The translations under genes and the position numbers were made by a program. A DNA stretch of 38,177 nt from a virus (Duplodnaviria; Caudoviricetes): positions 1 through 38,177 of the IMG/VR virus record IMGVR_UViG_3300005662_000004, one strand, 5' to 3'. How positions within the stretch are numbered: position 1 is the stretch's first letter; every line of letters starts with the position of its first letter. Below, piece after piece: positions 6,571 through 13,573 of this stretch. A model generated the notes under the pieces. That model was not told the origin of the DNA and did no database searches. It saw only the letters and a program-made list of their open reading frames with translations.

Positions 6571-7158
6571 ATGATGACTACCGAGAAACTACTTGCCGCC
6601 AACGTAAACGCCCACGTTGAGAGCAAAAACGGCCTTTCTTATCTTAGCTGGGCGTGGGCATGGGCCGAAGTGCTCAAGGCCGACCCGCTGGCAACGTGGG
6701 AGCCCATTCTATACGGTGGGTCTATTATGCTCGCCCTGCCAGACGGAACGGGCTTTGTCGGTGTATCCTGCACCGTTCTAGGCGTAACCCGTCAATGTGT
6801 TCTACCGGTGATGGATCACCGTAACAAAGCGATCTCTAACCCAGATGCGTTTGCCGTTAACAAGAATTTAATGCGCTGCTTGGCGAAGGCCATTGCTATG
6901 CACGGGCTTGGCCTGTACATCTACGCTGGCGAAGATTTGCCCGAAGCGCCGCCGGTCGACACCGAAGCGGAATACGCCGCCTATGAGGCTGCAAACATCG
7001 ATGCCCTACGTGATGCTGCCCTGTCGGGAGAGCCTGCCCTTGCTGCGGCTTTTAAGGCACTCAGCGGGCCATATAAGGCACGCCTGTGGAAAACCCATGG
7101 CAACAGTTTGAAAGTCGCCGCCAAGGCCGCCGGCACTGAGGACGGGGGGGCTAAATAA
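6571..7158 (+). CDS. Sak-type (DUF1071, Rad52-like) single-strand annealing protein
   Basis: NVN.HVE.KNGLSYLSWAWAW; LPVMDHRNKAI.NPDAF.VNK..MRCLAKAIAMHGLGLYIYAGEDLP. Confidence 0.92.
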   Translation: MMTTEKLLAANVNAHVESKNGLSYLSWAWAWAEVLKADPLATWEPILYGGSIMLALPDGTGFVGVSCTVLGVTRQCVLPVMDHRNKAISNPDAFAVNKNLMRCLAKAIAMHGLGLYIYAGEDLPEAPPVDTEAEYAAYEAANIDALRDAALSGEPALAAAFKALSGPYKARLWKTHGNSLKVAAKAAGTEDGGAK

Positions 7159-7763
7159 TGGAACAACGCAGCCCAGAATGGTACTCTGCCCGTCTTGGCC
7201 GTGTGACTGCATCAGCCGTGTGCAATGTGCTGGCCAAACTCAAAACCGGCAAAGAAGCGCAGGCTCGTGCCGATTACCGCATGCAGCTGGTGGCCGAACG
7301 TTTGACCGGTCTACCCGCCGACAAATACCAAACGCCGGCTATGGCGTGGGGTGTTGAGAATGAGGCCGATGCTCGTTTTATGTACGAAGAACTCTCCGGC
7401 AACTTGGTGACAGAGGTTGGTTTTATCGACCACCCCACAATTGACTTTTCGGGCGCAAGCCCTGATGGTTTGGTGGGTAATGATGGATTGCTTGAAATAA
7501 AGTGTCCAAGCACCAAAACCCACATAGAAACAATGCTTGCCAAGGAGTGTCCTGAGAAGCACTTGCCTCAAATTCAGTGGCAGCTGGCCTGCACTGGCCG
7601 GCAATGGTGTGACTTTGTCAGCTTTGATCCACGGATGCCTAAAGGCTTGGAGATGTTTGTCTGTACGGTTGCGCGTGATGATGAGTATATTGCAATGCTC
7701 GAAGCGGAAATAACCGCCTTTCTTGCAGAAATTCAACAAATTATTGAGAAATTGGGGGTTTAA
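7158..7763 (+). CDS. YqaJ / lambda-exonuclease-family recombination nuclease
   Basis: EQRSPEW...RLG.VTAS; AM.WG...E..AR; GASPDGLV...GLLEIKCP; QIQWQL.CTGR.WCDFVSFDPR. Confidence 0.95.
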   Translation: MEQRSPEWYSARLGRVTASAVCNVLAKLKTGKEAQARADYRMQLVAERLTGLPADKYQTPAMAWGVENEADARFMYEELSGNLVTEVGFIDHPTIDFSGASPDGLVGNDGLLEIKCPSTKTHIETMLAKECPEKHLPQIQWQLACTGRQWCDFVSFDPRMPKGLEMFVCTVARDDEYIAMLEAEITAFLAEIQQIIEKLGV

Positions 7764-7765
7764 CC

Positions 7766-7927
7766 ATGAATATATCGTTCAACAACGTGAAAGAAATTAA
7801 AGTTCTGAGAGACGAATTGCCAAAACGTGACTTTGTGACCATCATCATTAAATATGGCGATGACCTTGTACAAGAGATTGAACTAACGGGAAATGAATAC
7901 GACCCGTTGCCTATTGTTTTTGAATAG
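7766..7927 (+). CDS. 53-aa hypothetical protein (not in ORF track)
   Basis: MNISFNNVKEIKVLRDELPKRDFVTIIIKYGDDLVQEIELTGNEYDPLPIVFE*, starting 2 nt after the exonuclease stop, with a G-rich RBS. Confidence 0.7.
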   Translation: MNISFNNVKEIKVLRDELPKRDFVTIIIKYGDDLVQEIELTGNEYDPLPIVFE

Positions 7928-8030
7928 TGGGCTAATCCAAGGCGCGAAGCCCATCGTGTTACAAAGCCCCTGCTGCCAAAAAACTCGCGCCCATGACATC
8001 TCGGGGAATAAGCAGGGGAAACGGGCAACA
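7927..8030 (+). ncRNA. Candidate kissing-loop/pseudoknot RNA element
   Basis: Stem 7927-7933/7948-7954 has loop GGCGCGA, complementary to TCGCGCC (7985-7991) inside stem CCCCTGCT/AGCAGGGG (7967-7974/8011-8018). Confidence 0.45.
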
Positions 8031-8064
8031 TTGAGAACTTAAAAATGAACGTTGACAACTTAAC
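7993..8064 (+). repeat. Dispersed repeat copy (matches 9269-9351; core also at 9962-9974)
   Basis: 7993-8028 vs 9269-9304: 35/36 identical; 8036-8064 vs 9323-9351: 28/29 identical. Confidence 0.9.
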
Positions 8065-8069
8065 TGGAG

Positions 8070-8516
8070 ATGATGATGAAAGAGACTGTACTGGAAACGC
8101 TTGAGAAAAGCGGGCTAGATAATGCGCTGAGTCGCTTTGACGAACTGGCAGATAAACGGCAGCGTGTGCAGCTAAAAGTTGCATTTGCGAAAGAGGTTGA
8201 GCAATTGATGCCAGATGAGTCGAGGGCATCTTTGGCTGTCGCGGATAGATATGCAAACGGCTTGGCGACTGATGTCGAGTTGAGAAATGCTGCTTATGCT
8301 GCTGCTGCTGCTCGTGCTGCCGCTGATGCTGCCGATGCTGCTACTGCTTCTCGTGCTACTGCTCGTACTGCTGCTGTTACTGCTCGTGTTGCTGCTGCTG
8401 CTAATGCTGCTTATACGAATGTTTCTTATGCTGATGATGCTTGGGTTGCTGCCTCCTCAGAAATGGAAGCCAAGCAAGTGGAAATTCTCAAACAGTTTTT
8501 AGAGGACACCCCATGA
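8070..8516 (+). CDS. Ala-rich repeat protein, paralog A1 (Imm5-like helical core)
   Basis: LKVAFAKEVEQLMP..S..SL.VADRYANGLATD.EL + Ala-rich tract + KQVEILKQFL; GGAG RBS. Confidence 0.8.
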   Translation: MMMKETVLETLEKSGLDNALSRFDELADKRQRVQLKVAFAKEVEQLMPDESRASLAVADRYANGLATDVELRNAAYAAAAARAAADAADAATASRATARTAAVTARVAAAANAAYTNVSYADDAWVAASSEMEAKQVEILKQFLEDTP

Positions 8517-9058
8517 AAACAACCTTAAACGAGATTAGAAAGATACACCTTAGTAAAGCCAGCTGGAAAAAGCTTCTGCGCCATTTAGGAAAAACCGAAC
8601 CAGATGACGAATCCTTACCATTGCTTACGGTTCTGGAGTCGAACGGGCTTGAGGACACACTGTTCTGTTTCAGAGCTGTTGATGGGTTTGACAGAGAGAA
8701 GCGATTGCTTGCAGTTGCTTTCGCAAGAGAGGTAGAGCACTTGATGCCTGATGCGGCTAAATCAGCCCTTGAGGTCGCCGAGAGGTATGCAAATGGCTTG
8801 GCGACGGAGGGGGAGCTAACTCAGGCTTATACTGCTGATTATGCTCCCGCTGCTGACGCTGATGCTGATAATGCTGTTGCTGAGGTTGCTGAGTCTGCTG
8901 CTTATGCTTATGCTTATGCTGCTGATCTTTATGCTGCTGATCGTTCTGCTGCTGATCGTTCTGCTACTGTTCGTTCTGCTGCCCGTAAAACCGCCCGTTC
9001 AGAAATGCAAGCCAAGCAAGCAGAAATACTCAAACAGTTTTTACGGGATGCAGAATGA
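8513..9058 (+). CDS. Ala-rich repeat protein, full-length paralog A2
   Basis: MKTTLNEIRK...WKKLLRHLGKTEPDDE.LPL..VLESNGL.D.L.C.RAV phage-family N-terminus; ATGA-coupled at 8513 with GAGG RBS. Confidence 0.85.
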   Translation: MKTTLNEIRKIHLSKASWKKLLRHLGKTEPDDESLPLLTVLESNGLEDTLFCFRAVDGFDREKRLLAVAFAREVEHLMPDAAKSALEVAERYANGLATEGELTQAYTADYAPAADADADNAVAEVAESAAYAYAYAADLYAADRSAADRSATVRSAARKTARSEMQAKQAEILKQFLRDAE

Positions 9059-9342
9059 CTATTGAAACACCTAATCCTTACGGATGGACAATTGAGGGAA
9101 CTCCTATTATCTGGCGTGGTGAAAACGCTATTGCTGAAGCAAAAGCGTATGCCCGACGCTGGAAAGAAGAACCTGAACCTATCCCACTATACAAGGAGCC
9201 GCCAGTTACCGAGGAATCCTCGGCAGCTCAACAAGGTCTGACGGATGAGGAAATTGAAGCGATTATCAATGACATCTGGGGGAATAAGCAGGGGAAACGG
9301 GCAATTCTTAACCAACTTTGTAAACTTAAAAATGAACATTGA
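9055..9342 (+). CDS. Hypothetical protein B1 (N-terminus paralogous to 10477-10812)
   Basis: MTI..P.PY.W..E....WRGENA...A......P.PLY.EPP shared; ATGA-coupled. Confidence 0.7.
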   Translation: MTIETPNPYGWTIEGTPIIWRGENAIAEAKAYARRWKEEPEPIPLYKEPPVTEESSAAQQGLTDEEIEAIINDIWGNKQGKRAILNQLCKLKNEH

Positions 9343-9351
9343 CAACTTAAC
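9269..9351 (+). repeat. Dispersed repeat copy (matches 7993-8064)
   Basis: ATGACATCT.GGGGAATAAGCAGGGGAAACGGGCAA and AACTTAAAAATGAAC.TTGACAACTTAAC. Confidence 0.9.
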
Positions 9352-9715
9352 ATTTAGCGAATTAAAACAAATCGCAGCACTCTTTTCTGGCTCTATTCAA
9401 AATGGCCAGCCCGACTTGTCCACCAAACCCAGCATACACGCTGAATTTATTAACAAATTCTGCATTGCAAGATGCGGCAACGCTGGAGTTCATGCCGGTG
9501 AGGTGGTGAGCGTGGAAGGTGAAACAGTCGTACTAAAAAACAGCCGCCGCTTGTGGAAATGGAAAGCTAAATCAGGTATTGCTTTATCTGGTGTGGCGCA
9601 GCATGGCCTTGAATTGTCAGAATCAAAACTTGATGAAGTCAATCCTCAAATTCTGCTGAATGGGGTCTGTGAGTTAATTGTTTGCTCGGCAGAGGCTCAA
9701 AGGTCAATATCATGA
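9332..9715 (+). CDS. DUF6948-like protein
   Basis: MNIDNLTFSELKQIAALF; INKFCIARC.NAGVHAG.V...G..V.LKNSRRLWKW.A..G..LSGVAQHG; start reassigned to ATG 9332. Confidence 0.75.
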   Translation: MNIDNLTFSELKQIAALFSGSIQNGQPDLSTKPSIHAEFINKFCIARCGNAGVHAGEVVSVEGETVVLKNSRRLWKWKAKSGIALSGVAQHGLELSESKLDEVNPQILLNGVCELIVCSAEAQRSIS

Positions 9716-9948
9716 GCGCAGGTCACGGTTACGGTTACGGTAACGGTTCCGGTGTAGGCTTCGCTGAAGGTTGCGGTTACGGTTCCGGACACGGTTCCGG
9801 TAACGGTTCCGGTTTTGGTGACGGTTACGGTGACGGTTGCGGTTGCGGTTACGGTGACGGTAACGGTTTTGGTGACGGTTTCGGTTTCGGTTACGGTAAC
9901 GGTGACGGTGCTGGTTCCGGTTTTGGTGACGGTGATGGTGACGATTAA
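9712..9948 (+). CDS. Gly-X repeat low-complexity protein
   Basis: (G-Y/D/S/N/F/C)n encoded mainly as GGT-NNC; ATGA-coupled to the DUF6948-like gene. Confidence 0.7.
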   Translation: MSAGHGYGYGNGSGVGFAEGCGYGSGHGSGNGSGFGDGYGDGCGCGYGDGNGFGDGFGFGYGNGDGAGSGFGDGDGDD

Positions 9949-9979
9949 CTTGCTTTTAAACTTGACAACTTAACTGGAG

Positions 9980-10480
9980 ATGATGATGAAAGAAGCTGTA
10001 CTTGAAACACTTGAGAAACGCGGTCTATATGATGCACTGAGTTGCTTTGAAAAACTGGCAGATAAACGGCAGCTTGTGAAGCTAAAGGTTGCGTTTGCAA
10101 ACGAAGTCAAACACTTGATGCCCGAGGCTTCTAAGTCTGCTTTTGAGGTCGTTGAGAGGTATGCAAAAGGCTTGGCGACTGATGAGGAACTTGATAAGGC
10201 TAGTGCGGCGGCTGCTCGTGCTTCTGCTGCTGCTGATGCGGCCGCCAATGATGCTGGTACCCACTTGGATGCCGATATTGCCAATGATGTTGATGCTGCT
10301 CGTGCTGAACGTGCTGCCAATGCCGCTGCTTATGCTGCCTATGCTGCCTATGCTGTTTATTCTGTTGATGCTGCGTATGCATCTGATGCTGCTGCTTATG
10401 ATGATGATGCTGCTGTCAGAAAAGAAAGGAAAGCCAAGCAAGTGGAAATACTCAAACAATTTTTAGGGGATGCAGAATGA
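9980..10480 (+). CDS. Ala-rich repeat protein, paralog A3
   Basis: N-terminus close to A1 (MMMKE.VLETLEK.GL..ALS.F..LADKRQ.V.LKVAFA), with the same leader TTGACAACTTAACTGGAGATGATGATG. Confidence 0.8.
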   Translation: MMMKEAVLETLEKRGLYDALSCFEKLADKRQLVKLKVAFANEVKHLMPEASKSAFEVVERYAKGLATDEELDKASAAAARASAAADAAANDAGTHLDADIANDVDAARAERAANAAAYAAYAAYAVYSVDAAYASDAAAYDDDAAVRKERKAKQVEILKQFLGDAE

Positions 10481-10812
10481 CTATTAAAAAACCTGAGCCC
10501 TACTGCTGGGCAGTTGAATGGACTAATTCGATGTGGGCGTGGCGTGGTGAAAACGCTAAGGAGTTGGCGCACCGTTGTAACCCGCAAGATCAACCACCAC
10601 CTTTTCCCCTATACCGTGAGCCGCCAGCACATCACCCCGACATCCTACAAATGACGCTCGATGCGCTCGAAGGCTTGATAGTAAAACACCGACACACCCA
10701 CGGGCTAGACGGTGCTTGGGATAAAGAGCTTGTCAAAGGCGAAATGGCAGCAGAGTTGCTGCGGCAACACTTGAAACAAAATGAAGTACCCGACCACTTA
10801 CACAATGCTTGA
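10477..10812 (+). CDS. Hypothetical protein B2
   Basis: N-terminal paralog of 9055-9342 with a different C-terminus; ATGA-coupled. Confidence 0.7.
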   Translation: MTIKKPEPYCWAVEWTNSMWAWRGENAKELAHRCNPQDQPPPFPLYREPPAHHPDILQMTLDALEGLIVKHRHTHGLDGAWDKELVKGEMAAELLRQHLKQNEVPDHLHNA

Positions 10813-11242
10813 TGCGCTCCTGGCATCACCCACTGAGCCGATGAAACCTGAGCGAAGGCGGCATCAGCTTACAAAGATTTACGAAGCTCTGCGGGCTATT
10901 GAACTAGATCCAGCACCGACCAAATCGGATTGGCAGATACTTTGCTATGCCTGCAATATGGTTGAAGCCTTGATAGAAATCGGCGCATGTAAAGATGCCG
11001 ACGGCCTTTATGACGACGCTATCAAGTCACTGGCAGATGTGAACCGAAGGGTTCAATCTGGTTTGCCGATGCGTCTTGATGGGGAGGGATTGCGTAACGT
11101 GCGGCAGCTCGTGGCGGCCTATGATGAACTACTTGGGATAGTCCCTGAACGAACGATGATAGCTGCGCACCGCCAGCTTGAAAAGCGGGTGTTTGATATT
11201 CTGCGTGGCAATGGAAAGCGAAAAGATAATTTAATAGGGTGA
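10781..11242 (+). CDS. Conserved hypothetical phage protein
   Basis: 153-aa helical ORF in the operon (DWQIL..ACNMVEAL...RLDGEGL..VR.LV..YDE.L..VPERT). Confidence 0.75.
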   Translation: MKYPTTYTMLDALLASPTEPMKPERRRHQLTKIYEALRAIELDPAPTKSDWQILCYACNMVEALIEIGACKDADGLYDDAIKSLADVNRRVQSGLPMRLDGEGLRNVRQLVAAYDELLGIVPERTMIAAHRQLEKRVFDILRGNGKRKDNLIG

Positions 11243-11244
11243 TA

Positions 11245-11274
11245 TTGCTTTTTTTTATATAAATGTTGTACAAT
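11245..11274 (+). promoter_or_regulatory. Sigma70-like promoter
   Basis: TTGCTT-18-TACAAT in an AT-rich gap, 7 nt before ATG 11282. Confidence 0.55.
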
Positions 11275-11281
11275 GTTTAAC

Positions 11282-11452
11282 ATGAACCAAAATCAAAGAA
11301 TCGGTTTAAGACTATCCGACGCAATGCGCCAAACTCTTGAGCGCATTGCACTTCGTGAGCAACGCAGCCTTAGTAACATCATAAAAGTGATGATTGACGA
11401 AGGTATTAAACGCCGTCTTGATGCGGCATGGGAGAAGAGATGTATGAAGTAG
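11282..11452 (+). CDS. Arc/CopG-like ribbon-helix-helix regulator (not in ORF track)
   Basis: MNQNQRIGLRLSDAMRQTLERIALREQRSLSNIIKVMIDEGI: alternating strand plus two helices with the RS-S-I turn. Confidence 0.8.
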   Translation: MNQNQRIGLRLSDAMRQTLERIALREQRSLSNIIKVMIDEGIKRRLDAAWEKRCMK

Positions 11453-11721
11453 AAGTGGCAGGATACCCCTGCTATGCCCACATTACCCACGTGAGCGGGG
11501 AACATGGCTCTGGCAGCTATCACGCTGCAAGTGATTGGGAATACCATGGCTGGTGCGATGTGGAATTTGAACTACGCTGGCACAAAGATGACTCGGTGCG
11601 GGCTACGTGGCTGGAAAAGCGCATGACAAAAGAGGATAAAGTTTATATCACCGACTTGCTTGAGCGAGCGATGCGCAAAGCAAAAATTGAGGATGAAGAA
11701 GATGCCCAAATTCCATATTAA
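11440..11721 (+). CDS. Hypothetical protein
   Basis: GGAG RBS before ATG 11440; AASDWEYHGW...FEL...RATWLEKRMT..D. Confidence 0.7.
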   Translation: MYEVEVAGYPCYAHITHVSGEHGSGSYHAASDWEYHGWCDVEFELRWHKDDSVRATWLEKRMTKEDKVYITDLLERAMRKAKIEDEEDAQIPY

Positions 11722-11821
11722 GTGGTTCTGGAGCGATGAGATATATTTTGGTATCGGCCAAAAGTTCAACGGGTTCTCAATCTGCTGCTGGCCGTTCGAG
11801 GTTTTCATTTGGAGGAAATGA
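11702..11821 (+). CDS. 39-aa aromatic-rich hypothetical protein
   Basis: MPKFHIKWFWSDEIYFGIGQKFNGFSICCWPFEVFIWRK* fills the gap and is ATGA-coupled to the next gene. Confidence 0.5.
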   Translation: MPKFHIKWFWSDEIYFGIGQKFNGFSICCWPFEVFIWRK

Positions 11822-12009
11822 TGAAAAGATTGATTATTAACGCATTTCAAAGACTCGGGCTAATTTTGGCCTGCGTTTTAACCATGGTGTTTTTGGCTGC
11901 CGCGCTCTCGGATTGGGTTATGGGGTGCGGGGAAGGCTACCATTCTGCTAATGGGTATGTTGCGCCCGATAATAAAGGCTGTTTTTTCTCAAAAGAGGTG
12001 CATAAATGA
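11818..12009 (+). CDS. Small single-pass membrane protein
   Basis: GGAGG RBS; hydrophobic LGLILACVLTMVFLAAAL followed by a Cys-containing tail. Confidence 0.7.
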   Translation: MMKRLIINAFQRLGLILACVLTMVFLAAALSDWVMGCGEGYHSANGYVAPDNKGCFFSKEVHK

Positions 12010-12140
12010 TTGACCGTGCAACTATTAACGAACTAGCGCAAACGCTGAAATTCCCGTATGACCACTCGAGGCAACATGTCGGAAATCTCGACAAGTTGGT
12101 GGAACTGGTGCGCCTTGCACTTGAGCGGCTGAAGAATTAG
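12006..12140 (+). CDS. 44-aa hypothetical protein
   Basis: GAGGT RBS, ATGA coupling, MIDRATINELAQTLKFPYDHSRQHVGNLDKLVELVRLALERLKN*. Confidence 0.6.
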   Translation: MIDRATINELAQTLKFPYDHSRQHVGNLDKLVELVRLALERLKN

Positions 12141-12538
12141 CTTTTGCCATTAATGCGCTCGTATGAGCGCAACCCACCCAGTCCAAGCATCCCGCCTAGT
12201 AATACCATTAATTCATTAACATCGATGCTTGGCGGCACTGGCCAACCGTGTGCCGCACTTGCCCAAGATAATAGCGGCTGAAGCAAGTAGTTATAAAACA
12301 ATCCAATAGCGCAACACCACCCGGAAGCCGGTCTCCAACCTCCACGGAAGTTATCCTGAGCCGCCTCAATCTTGTTAACCTCGATCTGGCCAATCATCAA
12401 TTTAACCTGTGCTTCCATTTCCGCCAGTTGCCCCTCTTGTGCCAGTTTCAATGCCTCAAGTTTTGCGGCGTCTTTCGCTTTCTCGTCGGGTAAAATTTTA
12501 TCGAGTAGCGGCAAAAGTGCTGTTACTATTTGAATCAT
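12137..12538 (-). CDS. Holin-like protein (GTA 3TM holin family)
   Basis: LLDKILPD...QIEVNKIEA...GGWRPA.GW.C..LLGGMLGLGGLRSYE; start at 12538 is ATGA-coupled to the endolysin. Confidence 0.88.
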   Translation of the reverse strand: MIQIVTALLPLLDKILPDEKAKDAAKLEALKLAQEGQLAEMEAQVKLMIGQIEVNKIEAAQDNFRGGWRPASGWCCAIGLFYNYLLQPLLSWASAAHGWPVPPSIDVNELMVLLGGMLGLGGLRSYERINGKS

Positions 12539-12957
12539 GGGTAGTATCTCCGGTCTAACTCGAAATGCGGGCCGTCCTTCAACGTTCTCCAGTTGCCGCC
12601 CCATAGTATCCTTACGGCGCACTCGTCTGCCGCCTGCTGCATGGCCTTTGCTAGCTCATCGTAAAGTGGCCAGTCCCATCGAACTTCACTACCAACCATA
12701 GCCGCCAAGTCAACTGCATGCCCCGTTAAATGTCTGCTGTTCATAACAGTGCTCGCCCCCACTTTCATAAGCTCCGCCTGCCGTTTTTCTGTGCGAAGCC
12801 CCTCGGTTACGCAGAAATCAACCTTGGTAATTTGAATCGCTCGCTCAACCACCCTTATTAGGTCTGGATGAACTCCTTTCAAATTGGCGTATGAACGTCC
12901 CGAAAGTTTGAACTGTTGCGCAGGTTTGCGGAATATGAATCTATCAAGAATTGACAT
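12535..12957 (-). CDS. Endolysin, M15 (L-Ala-D-Glu) peptidase
   Basis: LS.RS..NLKGVHPDL; VTEGLRT..RQ; SRHLTGHAVDL; WGG.W....DGPHFEL. Confidence 0.93.
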   Translation of the reverse strand: MSILDRFIFRKPAQQFKLSGRSYANLKGVHPDLIRVVERAIQITKVDFCVTEGLRTEKRQAELMKVGASTVMNSRHLTGHAVDLAAMVGSEVRWDWPLYDELAKAMQQAADECAVRILWGGNWRTLKDGPHFELDRRYYP

Positions 12958-12965
12958 GATGCCTC

Positions 12966-13340
12966 CTAATTACCACACCACCCAAGCCTAGTGCCGCCGT
13001 TGTACGGCCTGACTAAGCCTGTGCGTATCATCTCAGATGATAAGCTCTTGCCGTCTACCATAACATCGGCAACCACTCGCCCGCTGTACTTGTCATCTTT
13101 GACGTTGTGAAGTGTTACGTTCTTTCCCGTTTGCAAAAAATGGGTTAATGCTGCCGTTGCTTCCTCAGCTTTGACTTTTTCAAAATCGCATTTACCCCGC
13201 AGCTCGGGTGCATCAATTCCATTGACCCGAACGGATGTAACAATCTCAACACCTTGCCAAACGGGTAGACGTGCTTTGAATGTGTCGCCGTCGGTAACGG
13301 CCAAAACAACTGCAATGTAAAAATTTATCACGGTTTCCAC
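12966..13340 (-). CDS. Thermonuclease (staphylococcal nuclease family)
   Basis: V.DGDT; VRVNGIDAPE; DKYSGRVVADV; GLVRPY.GG. Confidence 0.92.
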   Translation of the reverse strand: METVINFYIAVVLAVTDGDTFKARLPVWQGVEIVTSVRVNGIDAPELRGKCDFEKVKAEEATAALTHFLQTGKNVTLHNVKDDKYSGRVVADVMVDGKSLSSEMIRTGLVRPYNGGTRLGWCGN

Positions 13341-13552
13341 CCCTTCATTGCCGCCGCAATTGCTACCGCCACCGCACCGATAAAAAGAAGCGGCTTTGCT
13401 ACTTTGGCTAAGAATTCTAAAAATATAAAAGCTCCTCGCGCCGCATTGAACGCGCTCACGATGTCTTTCGTGTTTTTATCAATACTTTCGACTTTGCACT
13501 CAAGCGCTATCAAACGATTGTAAACCTCTTGCCTAGTAACGGTTTCTACCAT
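13328..13552 (-). CDS. Small membrane protein (holin/antiholin-like, coiled coil + C-terminal TM)
   Basis: EVYNRLIALECKVESID..T...V.AF.AA.GAF..LE.LAKV + hydrophobic tail; heads the lysis cassette. Confidence 0.7.
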   Translation of the reverse strand: MVETVTRQEVYNRLIALECKVESIDKNTKDIVSAFNAARGAFIFLEFLAKVAKPLLFIGAVAVAIAAAMKGWKP

Positions 13553-13573
13553 TCCATTAACCCCTTTTACTTT

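Noticed and set aside
7927-8030. HDV-like or hammerhead ribozyme
   Set aside because: Could not fit the nested double-pseudoknot order or the CUGAUGA/GAAA cores by eye
8052-9974. TTGACA in the 13-bp cores as sigma70 -35 boxes
   Set aside because: No acceptable -10 hexamer 16-18 nt downstream of any copy
7993-9974. CRISPR-like array
   Set aside because: Only 2-3 copies separated by 600-1300 bp of coding sequence, with no regular spacers and no cas genes
8287-10466. Poly-Leu ORFs (8287-8502, 8841-9065, 10143-10466) and antisense Ser/Gln/His-rich ORFs
   Set aside because: Frame shadows of GCT-rich Ala tracts, which lack stops in other frames
8070-10480. Diversity-generating retroelement (TR/VR pairs)
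   Set aside because: No reverse transcriptase in the genome, and differences between repeats are not adenine-specific
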